From contig JBHGNT010000002.1 in the NCBI GenBank assembly GCA_043228905.1, positions 10,168,001 through 10,232,000 of the forward strand: a stretch of DNA of 64,000 bases, read 5' to 3'. The stretch is from Azolla caroliniana. Taxonomy: Eukaryota > Plantae > Polypodiophyta. Under the pieces are notes generated by a model. It did not search any database. It saw only the letters and a program-made list of their open reading frames with translations, and was not told the origin of the DNA. Shown here piece by piece: positions 1 through 11,924 of this stretch; positions within the stretch are counted from its first letter, which is position 1, and each line of letters begins with the position of its first letter. A program made the translations under genes and the position numbers.

Positions 1-1349
1 ATTGTATACTGGATTGCCTGGTGAAAATGTCGTTCCTCGTCCTGAGGTAATGCTTGTCGTAATCAGGACATAGAAAACCTTTCCTCTTCTTCCTCCAGCT
101 CGAGCTGCAACGCTCGTTCTATGACCATATCAATTGTTTCTTCTTTCACGCTATTGTTGTTGAGCATTGTCCATATCGGTCGCCGTAAGGCTACCAACAA
201 TGTCTCCCGAGCCTCGTCCTCTGTCGGGCCCCATTCTAATTTCTGTCATAGATTTTGGACGCGTAAACTGAAGTCCGCGACAGTCTCGGCTGGCAACTGT
301 TTCATTGTATAGAACTACCCGAGGATTTCGCGTTGCGGCACCCTCCGATGAAAGAACAACATAAAGGCCGACTGCAGCTGGTCGAAGGTCGTGATTGTTG
401 ACAGATCCATCTGCGAATGCCAAAACGCAGCTCTACCATCCAACGCTAATCCAAACTCTGTCATTTTGGACTGGTGCGCTACCTCTTCAGGAAGTCTCTA
501 CACCATGTGATTCGCATTCCAGACATTCAGGAATAGGAGAATGTGGGTTGCGGTGTCTGTTTCACCGTTGAAGCGGGGATAGGAGAAGGCCATGCTAGAT
601 GCTACAGCAAGTAGGGGAAAACCATTGTACTTGTGTGGTGACGGAACTTCCTACGTGTCTTCGGGGTATTTGGTGAGCGGGAAGGCGATTTTGTGGTCCC
701 AACAGATATCACTGAGGTCACTGAGGTCAGGTTTTTGCTTTGCGCGTTCCTCTACCTAGCGTGTGATGGACATTGTGACTGGTCAGTCGTGTCGAGTTGG
801 TTCTCTGGGACGTCTACGACTAAACATCCATTTCTCATTGTTCGTCAGCGAGAAGACACATATCACCAAACGTGCCAAACGTGTTACCGATTAGGAACAC
901 AGTCTACGGTCAGTCCTTCGACCTAGACCTCGAGGTGACTGTGTTGCAAGGAATGGTACCGTTGTACCGTAATACGTAATGGGATACTTCCCCGTATCCT
1001 AGTAGCGTATAAGGGAGACGGCTACAACCGAACTCCTTAGGAAGTGCACTTAGTATCCACACTTACGCCTACACCTTTACGATTACAGTCCGCCATAGAG
1101 AACAAAGGACACAGTAGATAAAACCAGAAATATGCACAAAAATCAGAGAAGATAGTATTCTATTAGAATAACGCTCTATGAATGAAAATTACACGCTACC
1201 TCTTACAAAGGATTTCTGCCCTTTATATACCTAGGGTCTTTTAGCCGTTCATGCTTCCCGCGTGAACTGTTACATGTGTTTCTTACGCTTTTACTATATT
1301 CTAATATTTCTGCGCTTCGTTCCGGCGGTTACTATTCCGGCGGACAACA
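1..1349 (-). mobile_element. Ty3/gypsy LTR retrotransposon, 5' part (5' LTR 882-1349, PBS, degenerate gag from 593); continues off the window
   Basis: LTR bounded by TGTT (882) and AACA (1349). On the minus strand the LTR is followed by TTTGGCACG (PBS-like) and a gag-like frame MAFSYPRFNGETDTATHILLFLNVW with stops. It abuts the AGCT satellite directly. Confidence 0.8.
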
Positions 1350-2100
1350 CCAAGTGGTAGCTAATTAGCTACTACCATAATTTACTTATAGTGGCTAACT
1401 AACTAGTACCATACTTTAGTTGAGTAGCTAATTAGCTAATTAGCTAAGTGGTAGCTAATTAGGCACTACCATAGTTTAGTATAGTAGCGAATTAGCTACG
1501 AGGTAGCTAATTAGCTACTACCATAGTTTAGTATTGTAGCTAATTAGCTAAGTAGTAGCTAATTAGCTATTACCATAGTTTAGTATTGTAGCTAATTAGC
1601 TAAGTAGTAGCTAATTAGCTACTACCGTACTTTATTTATAGTGGCTAACTAGCTAGTACCATACTTTAGTTGAATAGCTAATTAGCTAATTAGGTACTAC
1701 CATAGTTTAGTATAGTAGATAATTAATTAAGTGGTAGCTAATTAGTGAGTACCATACTCTAGCTGAGTAGCTAATTAGCAAAGTGGTAGCTAATTAGGTA
1801 CTACCATAGTTTAGTACAGTAGCTAATTAGCTAAGTAGTAGCTAATTAGCTACTACCATACTTTAGTTGTGTAGTTAATTAGCTAATTAGCTAAGTGGTA
1901 GCTAATTAGGTACTACCATAGTTTAGTACAGTAGCTAATTAGCTACTACCATACTTTAGCTATAGTGGCTAACTAGCTAGTACCATACTTTAGTTGAGTA
2001 GCTAATTAGCTAGTACCATAACTAAGCAAAGTAGCTAATTAGCTACTGTAAGAGTCTTGAAGAATAGCTAGTTAGCTAAGATGTAGCTAATTAGCGACCA
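1350..2100. repeat. Degenerate satellite built on the palindrome TAGCTAATTAGCTA (probably an intron of the element A cargo gene)
   Basis: Dozens of GTAGCTAATTAGCTAC/TACCATAGTTTAG units; same family as 27497-28680; followed by an acceptor-like TTGTTGTAG at ~2111. Confidence 0.9.
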
Positions 2101-2111
2101 TGTTGTTGTAG

Positions 2112-3644
2112 AATCTTGTGGATTAAGGAGAGCGCATGACCTGTCTGGTGCTGATGACGCTGTAACCGATGAGGAGATAGTTGCGAACGTGTCTAAAAGT
2201 AAGAGTCCTGCTACCACACCTCCTTCAGATCAGCTCCACCCTATTCTTTTGGAAAATGGTAATGAATTAGGCAACGATGTGAAAAGCCATGAAATATTGG
2301 AAACAACATGTAAATTTGAGGTTCACAACAATAGTGTTTTTGAACACTTGATGCAACATTTCCTTGAATCCCAAAACCTTGATTCCACCCCATTGAGCCC
2401 AACTACTGACAATGTCTAAACAGATCCCACTGTATTGGAAAAGGTAGTGCAAGACGTGGCTGACCTACAAGCCGTTGAGGCGATGGAAAGGTTGTCGGAG
2501 GAGGACACACTTGCGCAATGGGTCAAACAAGCAAGGCTAAATGGGCAACAGGCTAGAAAAAGGGTGAAGAAGGGGCCACAATCGGGGACAAGACTAGTTA
2601 CTCGGTCAAGGGGCTCTTGAATTGGAGCGAAATACTTATTAGTGGGATATGATTGTTAGCGATTTTCCTAGGGTTTTATGATGTTTTACTATGATCTATT
2701 TGTACAAGTAAAACCTGAGATTTGTTGTTGCTTGATCCACATTATGTAGTGGAACTCTATGATGTTTCTTCAAGATAAATATGTTCATATTTCTATGATG
2801 GAAAATATTTCATGTTCATTATGTTGTTTTGTGAGTTTGTTAGTTACTTTGTGAGTGTGAATATGTTGGTGTTTTCTGATGTTGCAGAGTCTAAAGGGTT
2901 TGAATCTATTGCTCCTAAGGCCGATGGCAATGTGGAAACTGTTGATGTTGCTACGTGTTTAGAGGGCCACATGTGATACGAGTGAGTTGATATCAACCAG
3001 ATTAATATGTACATGCATTGAGCCAATGACTAAGTCGACAACACAAGAGCCAACACAGTCGACCAGGGGTTTGAAGAGGAAAAGGACACCAATTGTGCCG
3101 ATAGAACCTGAGTTGATTGACCTAGGTTTGAAGTCAAAAGAAGGGCTTTGATCTTGGAGCTTGATAAATTTGGAGGGATGCAAATCAATTTCTGGAGTGG
3201 GTTGTGCAATATTTTGATTTGTTTATTTGGAGTGAAAAACCACGTATAGATGTGTGGAAGTGTGTAGAAAGATTCTTCCCGAAGTGGCGACAACATTTCA
3301 AGGGTCAATGGACACGAGAGAATTGTGAGCAGAATGATGTTGCAAGATTCAAAAGACTTTCTGATTTTTCGGACACTTGGCCAGATTATAATGCCGACAA
3401 TACGTTGATTCTGGATACAGAACATTTCCAACATTACTTCAACATTCGCAGATGCTGTCTCATTCTACCCGATGAAATGCCTGAACAATATTTGGTGAAA
3501 ACATTGAGCTGCCAACTAGCTACATGGTTGTGGACTCCATACCGTGCTCGGTATGCAGATCATATATGTAGGGAAGTTCCACTGACCAACAAGAGCTTAG
3601 GTGTTTATAGACGATTTCAAGACATTGACAATGGGATGTTATAA
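2112..3644 (+). pseudogene. Cargo gene of element A; C-terminal FCP1/NIF-like HAD phosphatase-fold domain, degenerate
   Basis: QFLEWVVQYFDLFIWS...WTRENC...YNADNTLILD resembles the NIF/FCP1 pattern FLxxxxxxFxxxIWS...NTLLIDD. No intact DxDxT motif seen; stops and frameshifts; exon structure uncertain. Confidence 0.5.
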
Positions 3645-4002
3645 ATATGTAATTTGCTACCACTTAATCAATGAAGAATTAAATTTCTTGTTTTGAGTAA
3701 CTTATCTACTGTGTAATTTTAAGAGTATGTTCAGGATTGTTGATTTCATGGTAGTGCTTTTTCTTAAAATTATGCAAACTATTTTAACTTGTACATTGTT
3801 CACTTGAGTAAATCTGTATCTCAAAAAGAAGACCCCTAAACAATATTATTAAACTGTATGTCAGATAGAAGACTGATAGAAGAAGCACAAAAAGTAGACT
3901 GTATATGAAAAAAAAAATTCTCGAACAAGTCCATTAAACTGTTTATTTGCAATACATGTGCTTTGTTTGTTTTACAAGAAAACTGGTAATTGCTACTTGT
4001 AG

Positions 4003-4457
4003 CTACAAATTCCATGGCATATTGTTGTAAATACTTTCATACACATTAGCACTAACTGTGTATAAACCTGAGCAACTATTGTATTGCGACATTGGGACAT
4101 TGACGCACTTGACCAAATGAGAGTACATGTACGCCACTGGTTTGTCTTCTAATAGCCTATACACATAATCGTAATCATCTAGTCTTGCCTAAAAAATACC
4201 TTCGATGTAGAATGTCCCAATAGATACAACATTTCCCCAGGCATCTAATATATTCTGTGTTGCACACTGTTTACTAACCATGCACTTCGATATATAGAAA
4301 TCAACACCCTCTAAATTGCCTTCTTCTGCATTTACATCAAAATTATCCCCAACATTTAAGATATCACTCAGAGTATATCCACGTCCTTGATATGTGAAGT
4401 TAGCATTCTTTTCTGTTTCCCCATCAACTGCTTCCTTATCGTTCAATGTATGATACT
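4003..4457 (-). pseudogene. C-terminal part of the element A transposase
   Basis: Removing 4458-26095 rejoins the frame as QNWEY-HTLNDKEAVDG. Homologous to the element B C-terminus (DAWGN vs DGWGN). Internal TAG at 4189. Confidence 0.85.
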
Positions 4458-6939
4458 AGGTCGAAGCATGCTACGGTGTACCAACTTTTGGCCAAAAATT
4501 TAGTACTAAATCTTGGAAGAAAATAAACATAAAAAATTGAAAATAAAACAATTAGTGCAGAAAATAGTGGATTATCATCCATTGAATGAGGTTTAGGTTC
4601 AAATAACAAATTTAATACGAATGTACAAAGATATTATACGTCACAATCGAAGTGTCCCAAGGCCGTATTTAATACATTATAACTAGGTAGAGTTGTACGA
4701 AAGCAGACCTGGAGAAGGTTTCGAATGTGTTAGTTGGTCAGTCTCTCCCTCTCTCTCTCTCTTCTGTCTCAAAGTTGTCAGTCAGACAGTGGCAAAAAGT
4801 TAGAAATCAAAACACATATCTATTACCTATCTCTCTCTTTTTGTCTTGCTCTCTCTCACTCCACCTTTGATTCTCTATTTCCCCGTGTAATTCTTGTTGT
4901 GTTCCCTCTGTGCCTGATTTTTGTTGTTGTTTCTCTACGATCTCTAAACTCTGTATATGCAAAGATTGTTGTTTCCCCTCTATGCTCGTTGTTCTTGTTG
5001 TTGATGTGCTTTCTCTGTATATGCTCGTTTGTCTCCTCTGCAGTAGCCTCGTCAACAACCTCTTGCATATCTAGGTAATTTTGTCGGCTTGGTGTGCTCC
5101 CAAGGTGAAGAAATCAACACGGTGTGGTACCTCTGCCTTGAGCTTGGCTCCATCTGCCTTCGGCCCATCGTTCCATCTGCAACTTGTACGACCTCTAGGT
5201 ATTATTTGTGCAGCATTTTTAGGGTTTAATCATTCATATTCTATGTGTTGCATGCCCAACTAGTATGTTTTCGTTTTCTTTGTGTTTCCTATCCGTGTGT
5301 TTTTATTTTTTGTGTGTTTGACATGGATGAGTTTTTTTCCGATTGTTTAGGGTTAAAGTGTGTTTGACATGGCTTGTACATGCAACTTAGATTGAGTTGG
5401 CTATGATGATTTGCTAGTTGTTGATGGTATTTTGATGAGTTTTCTTCTTGTACATGCATATTCTTTCAACAAGAATAGTGAAGACTAGGACAATGACGAG
5501 AAGGACACGCATAAAGAAGACATTGGTGAAAGAGAAAGAAAAGACACCAGTGAAGGAAAGAAAAAGGACACCTATCAAAGAAAGTAAGAAGACACCCACA
5601 AGAGAAAGGGTGATGAACTCATCAACTCAGAGAAAGAAGATGTGTCACTCCATCATTCGAAACACACCTCTCAGATGAAGTTATTTCCTTTGAGCACGAC
5701 CTGAAGTTTATGAAGACCTAAGAGAGTGGTTGATAAAAACCTAGGGGTCGCCACATCTCGATACAAGGCGAGGATTCCACATAAGTGGATTGAAGAAGGA
5801 ATATGTGAACTTATTGAAGACGAGATATGAACATGTTTATGATAGTAATCAAATTTGTAACAATGAGGTGGGTACTGTTTTTGCACGTGCATTTGCATAT
5901 GAAGTTTAGGGTGGCATCGACGTAGATGGGGAAGATTTTAATCGTCACCGATCAGAACATTATAAAGGGTCCTCCAATACCAACACTGGCTTGAAGTCAT
6001 CGGGAACCTCTCATGTGGATATTCTAGCAACAACACCTGTCTACCAAGTTCAATCTGCAAAGCTACAGGCCACAATGACTAAAAAGCATGAACAAATGAT
6101 GGCCGGTTGCATATCTTCTATGAGCTCAAGAATACAAGCACTACTTGCTGATTTGGAAATAGTTAAATCAGCCGAGATACAGGCAGAAAAGAAATTCTCT
6201 TCAATAAAGACTACATATGAATGGATTGCATCGACAATCCAAAATTCAAAAAGTTAGGTGTTGAAAGAGGAGTTGAAGAAAGAGTTGAACAATATGGGCA
6301 CTCAATTAGGATCACAGACTTTGATACTTGCAGAATTGCACATTGTGAGCTAGATAATAAGTTGATAGCTTTAAAGTTGCATTCTGAGAACCTTGCGTGC
6401 TTGATGCATGATTTAAAACGAAGAGGTTTTGAAACTTTGTGTCCATCTGTAATTGAGCACCCAAGTGGTATGGAAAGTACCATTACTAGTATAGCTATAT
6501 CACGGTATTGGCTTTAAAAGTTATTTATTTCTACCTCTTTGGTATAAATATCATATTAGCTAATATATTATAACTTGTGTTTGCAATCTACTAGGTGTAT
6601 TTTTGGTGGCCTCGGATTCAAGCTTGAGGCTATGGATGTTGTGATTACACCGTGCTTGCACACATATCATGTGCTATGTGCTAAGTATCATTTTGAGAAA
6701 GAAAATACATGTATGGACTGTAAAACTACAGTTGTTGCTGAGTGGTACTATGCTTGGGGTTTAAAAGTACACCCGTACGATATGTGGTTGTACTATTCTA
6801 TTGTTTGTATTATATGATCTCAATTTACCTTTGGATTAAAATGAGTGAATGCCACAATTCATACTTCAAATTTAGGAAAACAATGGATTAGTACTAGTGT
6901 AGCTCCAACAACTAATATGTGGAACCCTATTTATGTGGG

Positions 6940-8365
6940 TTAGTATTGGCAGTACTCTTAATGTATAATTGGTATGGGTAGTTGAACGGATATTTTCCAG
7001 AATTAGTACTATTTGAGTAATTTGGGAACCAGGTGTGATATTGTTCGGGACTGGTATTAGTTATGTAATTTGAGCACAAGGTATGTAGTACATTGTGAAC
7101 GATTAGTAATAAACCTGTAATTTGGGAATTAGGAGTGTAGAACACATATCATGATTAGTACTACTTGCATGCAAAATACCAATTTAGTACTAAAGAAGGA
7201 AGTTGTTTAGATGTATTTGTTGGATAAGTTGTTGGATAAGTTGTTTAGTACATTGTGATGAGAAATCGTCTGGGAATAAATCACAATAGACAAATAATGC
7301 GCTGAAATACGAATCACACTGAAATGCTAGAAATGACAAAGACGAGATAAACGACAGATGTACACAAAGATTTACGTGGAAACCCTAAAACAGGGGGAAA
7401 AAAAAACACGGGAACGGAGCTTCACTATACAAATAGTGGATATACACCACCGAGAAGGTTACAACACTCTGTCGAGTGTAACAGCCACGCACGACTCTTC
7501 GCGTCTACTGTTACAACACAGCTATGGCACGGCTCACACTTCTCTCTCTCACTCCCTCTTGCACACTACCACTTCTGTCTTCTACACTGTTCATCCTACA
7601 CAACATGTTTGCCCTAGTTGCATATATACTTACGCAACTTTTTGGTTATTTACATACGTAGCCCTCATGGGGCGCGCACTAAGACTATTTACAAATATAG
7701 TCTCCCGAGTTGGCTATTTACTCGATTCCGGTTTCAGCCTCGGCCGAGTTCCTCATCAACTCGGCTCTTGTTTTCCGACTCTTCAATTGTCGGCTTTCCG
7801 AAAAATCGGATCATTCTCCCATTGGAGGGACATATTCCTAACACATTGTTCACAATTAGTAGTAGTTATGTAATTTGGGAACAAGGCGTATAGTAAATTG
7901 CTGAAGATTAGTATAGTTTGTGTAATTTGGAAATGAGGTGTGTCAAACACATATCACGTTTAGTACTAATACTGTTGGTGTAATTAGTACTAGTTATGTA
8001 ATTAGATGTGTAGAACACATATCACATTTAGTATTACTTGTGTGCAAAATACCACGTTAGTACTAAAGTCCAATCTACATTTGTTGGATTAGATGTTCAT
8101 CCAATCTATATTACAACGTGCCTAGTACTAGTGTTAGTTCACACTATACTTGTAGTACATTGTTGACGATTAGTACTACTTGTGTAATTTCGGAACTGAG
8201 TAGTACACTGTTGACGATTAGTACTAGTTGTGTAATTTGGGAACTAAGTGAGTAGTACATTGTTCATGATTAGTACTAGTTGTGTAATTTGGGAACTAAG
8301 TGAGTAATACATTACTCACGATTAGTACTAGATGTGCAATATGGGAACTAGGTGTAGCCTAATGA
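6940..8365. repeat. Intronic ~55-bp degenerate tandem repeat rich in AGTACT
   Basis: Recurring GATTAGTACTAGTTGTGTAATTTGGGAACTAAG units, interrupted by the solo LTR. Confidence 0.75.
7256..7843 (-). mobile_element. Solo LTR (copia-like)
   Basis: TG...CA ends; 5-bp TSD CATTG at 7251-7255 and 7844-7848; shares motifs (TTTACGTGGAAA-CCCTA, CTATTTACAAATATAG, GGAGGGAC) with the copia LTRs at 32394 and 35790. Confidence 0.88.
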
Positions 8366-9493
8366 TTTAGTAATGCAGTTCTTGTGACCTACATTGTATT
8401 TTTTATATCATGGTACTAACGTTGAAGGTCTTTTTGTTTCTTGCAATGAATGTTGTAGTGTCAAGCAACTCCATGTCAGGGAAGGTAATGGAACAACCAG
8501 CCCTTGTGCCTAAAGCCTCGGTATCTACTGCACATTCCAAGGTTTAGGGACAATCATTACCAGTAACCTATGAGTTTTATGATGAAGATGAATGTATGAG
8601 AAGGGCCATTGGAGCCAGTGGAACATATGCTTCTACAAAAAAATTCCCCAAGCTCCGGTCAACATCAAAACAATCCAGGCAACACAAATTGAGTTAGCAT
8701 ATCTTTATTCTCATTTGTGTGTATGTTGAATGCCTAATGTCTTTAAAAAAGAGCCCACTAAGAAGAGGAATGATGAAAGAAAGTTGTAAGGAAAGGGCAA
8801 GAAAGGTAGAGTTGAATGCAATGGTGAGTCATATATGTTCTCACCTATCCGGAGAGTTGTCAACCTAATGCATTGTCTAATACCATGTACTTGTGTTACT
8901 AGCTGATGACGAAATGATCTTTGGTGAGGGAGATACGAGTCCAAAACCTGATCATGAAGACGAATTTATCACACTCCCAAGCACACGTCAAAAGCCCTCT
9001 AAGAAAACAATGATTTAGATCATAACAACCATGTTATAGTGGTGCTTTTGGTGCATTCTATAGATACTATTATGAAATCTTCTATTGACAATGAGCTCCA
9101 ACCTGTTGAACACTTAGATGTTGTGGAGAAGATCACCGAGCCTACCACTTGCAATGGGTTTTCTACGGTTGTACAATATGACGATGTAACAATAGGTAAA
9201 CATGTGGCTATTAACCTTATATTCATTGTTGTTGGTACGTTTGCAAACTTTTGAGTATGTGAGTTGATACTAATATTCTCCGGAATCCCATTATTTAGGT
9301 TTACAAGAGCAATCCAATTCCCAACTGCAGTCAAATGAATCGGGAACTATATGGAGCACAAGTGCAGAGTCAGATTCTGGGATTAACCTTTGCACGGAGG
9401 CAGACTCTGGGAGCACATCTTCCACACATGAGGACTATGAAAAAAAGGAAGCATTCATATTTGAAGAGCAGTTGGCATGTACAAACAACAATT

Positions 9494-9830
9494 TGTCTAA
9501 AGAATCCCATGGGGAGTGTGGAAAGAATATTGTTAGTACTGAAGAGGAGTCTGATTGTATTGAGAATGTGCTAGTAGTGTCTAAAGAATCCCATGAGGAG
9601 TGTGGAAAGAATATCGCTAGTACTGAAGAGGAGCCTGATTGTACTGAGAATGTGCTAGTAGTTTCTATAGAAGCCCATGAGGAGTGTGGAAAGAATATCG
9701 CTAGTACTGAAGAGGAGCCTGATTGTACTGAGAATGTGCTAGTAGTTTCTATAGAAGCCCATGAGGAGTGTGGAAAGAATATAGCTAGTAATGAAGAGGA
9801 GCCTGATTGTACTGAGAACGAGCATACTAG
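9494..9830 (+). repeat. 90-bp coding tandem repeat (~3.7 copies; HEECGKNIASTEEEPDCTENVLVVSIEA)
   Basis: Directly visible in ORF 9472-10020. Confidence 0.9.
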
Positions 9831-10369
9831 CATCACCCATGAGGACCAGGCAATAAAGACATCCCAAGAAGGGGAGCACGGTGGTCTTAAGAATGAGGTG
9901 ACTATCACCAGCCAAGAGGAGTTCACCATGAGTACTGCTATAGCCCACATACAGGAGCCTAATTGTACTGAGAATGAGCATACTAGCAACAACATGAGTC
10001 CTAAACCAACCCACATATAGGAGATGAGTGATAATTTGACTATCAACAATACCTTTGTGGATGTGTGTACAAGCATTGCAGTTGCAGAAAACACAGTTTC
10101 TCTCTCAAGCTTGCCACTGGTACAAGGTGCCCGTACATCCACACCTGTCTCTGATGCCTCTGATGATGAAGTGTCACTTAGTAAGGTGATACCTAAAGGC
10201 TTTAAGATAAAGAAGAATGTAAAATCACAAAAAACTGGCACCAATAACAAGCGCATTACAAGATCGGGGAAATTGTGAAATGGTGCCTGATTGTCTTTCG
10301 ATTGTACTTGAACTATAGTTGAACTGTTAGTGATGTCTGAACTTGAACTATTTGGTATACCAAAATACT

Positions 10370-10760
10370 GTCTAAATTGCTAATGTGAAATGTTGTTCTG
10401 ACTCCAGTTCACTCATCTAGTGTTGTTAACGTAATGTGAAACTCTATATTGCAATTGTAGAGAATGAGAATGTATTCTATTGTTAATTGTCATGCATCCA
10501 TGATTGTGTTGAACTACAACTGAACTGTTACCAGCGTACTGTCTAAATTGCCCCTGTGAAATTCTATGAAGATCAGATCACTCATCTAGTGTTGTAGTGT
10601 AATGTGAAATTCTATATTGCTAATTGTAGAGAGTGAAAATGTATTCTATTGTCAATTGTCATGCAGCCATGATTGTGTTGATTACAAATAAAATTCTATA
10701 TTGCTAACTGTAGAGAATGAGAATTTATTCTATTGTCAATTTGTCATGCAGCCATGAATG
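10370..10760. repeat. Degenerate direct repeats between the convergent 3' ends of the element B genes
   Basis: Three copies of TCTATATTGCTAATTGTAGAGAATGAGAATGTATTCTATTGTCAATTGTCATGCAGCCATGA. Confidence 0.7.
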
Positions 10761-11242
10761 TAGTATGGAACAATTTGACATTCACATTAGTACTAAAATA
10801 AGATGTATGTATCCATTTAATTGAGATACTTCGGGAGACTACTATGTATTAGTGAACACTTACAATTGACATTAGCACTAAACTAATATGTATATTGATA
10901 CTTGCGAAGTATGGTCTCCTTGAGTGCACATAGTTAGAGTCGAATAGAGACTTAACACAATAGGGATTAGACTACTGGTATTGATAGTTGAATAAGTTTG
11001 GGCCATATTGATGCTGCTAAGTATTGAAGACTTCACACACTAAACCATAGAAACAAGAAACTCTATACTTACCATGAACACTTACAAAACAAGCTCAATA
11101 AATACTCTAAACACTTCAGAAGAAAGACGAAATATATCGATTCATTTGTCAATCATCAAAATTAATATATCAATACATCAAATAGTGAACTACAAGCGGA
11201 TGTTTTTCAGTTGCCAACTACAATGTATTAATAGGGTAACTT

Positions 11243-11557
11243 TCAAGCATTAAACAGAGAGACCTCCCCTAATATGTGCTCATGAACCTCTTGGGGGACC
11301 TTATAGACAGTGTTGTATCCCTTAACCTTGTGCTTTGCTTGAGTCATATTGAACTTGATCGCAAGAATGGCAGCAATGTAGATTATTGCGATGGGTGCAT
11401 CTTTTAGTAATGCATGTGTTCTTGCACTACGACAACTTTGCATAATAGTTTCCATACACGACAAACTCACCAACGTTGAACATGTTGCCCCAGCCATCCC
11501 TCACCACTTCTTTCAATAATGTCTTTCCTTGCTTGCACACCACAATGTAGTAGTCTT
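11243..11557 (-). pseudogene. C-terminal part of the element B transposase
   Basis: Removing 11558-21189 rejoins NEDLED-YYIVVCKQGKTLLKEVVRDGWGNMF; then a stop/frameshift and ...ILAIKFNM...HEHIL. Confidence 0.85.
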
Positions 11558-11924
11558 AACACGTTCGCGTTCACAAGTGGAAGGATCACGCATAAATGGA
11601 AGGATAAGGGAAATTTTGGTTGATTTTAGGGCTTTTTCAATGATTTTACAAAACACATTGATACCAGTATCATACATGTTCAAACATACTATGAAAAAGG
11701 TTAAAAATCCACTATTTTCGTGATTTAGAAGTAACTAAAAAAAGACGAATTTCAAAAAGTTACATTCTCAATTTATATCACAACTTTACAACCAATGTTA
11801 TTTTATAAGAAACGATTCTTTAGAAATCATAAGAATTCAAAACACATGCTTTTATATTACTCGATTTGTTACAAGCGGAATGTAGTTACACTTAATAGCC
11901 AAATATACATTCATGATCACTCCT

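Larger units (their letters stand above)
5472..10278 (+). pseudogene. Multi-exon cargo gene of element B: charged N-terminus, coiled-coil-like region, RING-H2 finger, acidic 30-aa repeats
   Basis: 6595-6725 encodes C-IF-(G)-x14-C-L-H-TY-H-VL-C-x10-C-MD-C, a RING-H2 spacing with the second Cys lost. Collinear plus-strand ORF pieces at 5991-6517 and 9472-10278 with splice-like junctions. Many stops and frameshifts; start uncertain. Confidence 0.6.

Noticed and set aside
6300-6335. IRITDFDTC as a protein-kinase DFG motif
   Set aside because: No other kinase motifs (HRD, GxGxxG, APE) are nearby.
7358-7873. 171-aa ORF
   Set aside because: Lies within a solo LTR and has no recognisable motif.
9435-10256. 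273-aa minus-strand ORF
   Set aside because: Antisense shadow of the plus-strand repeat exon.
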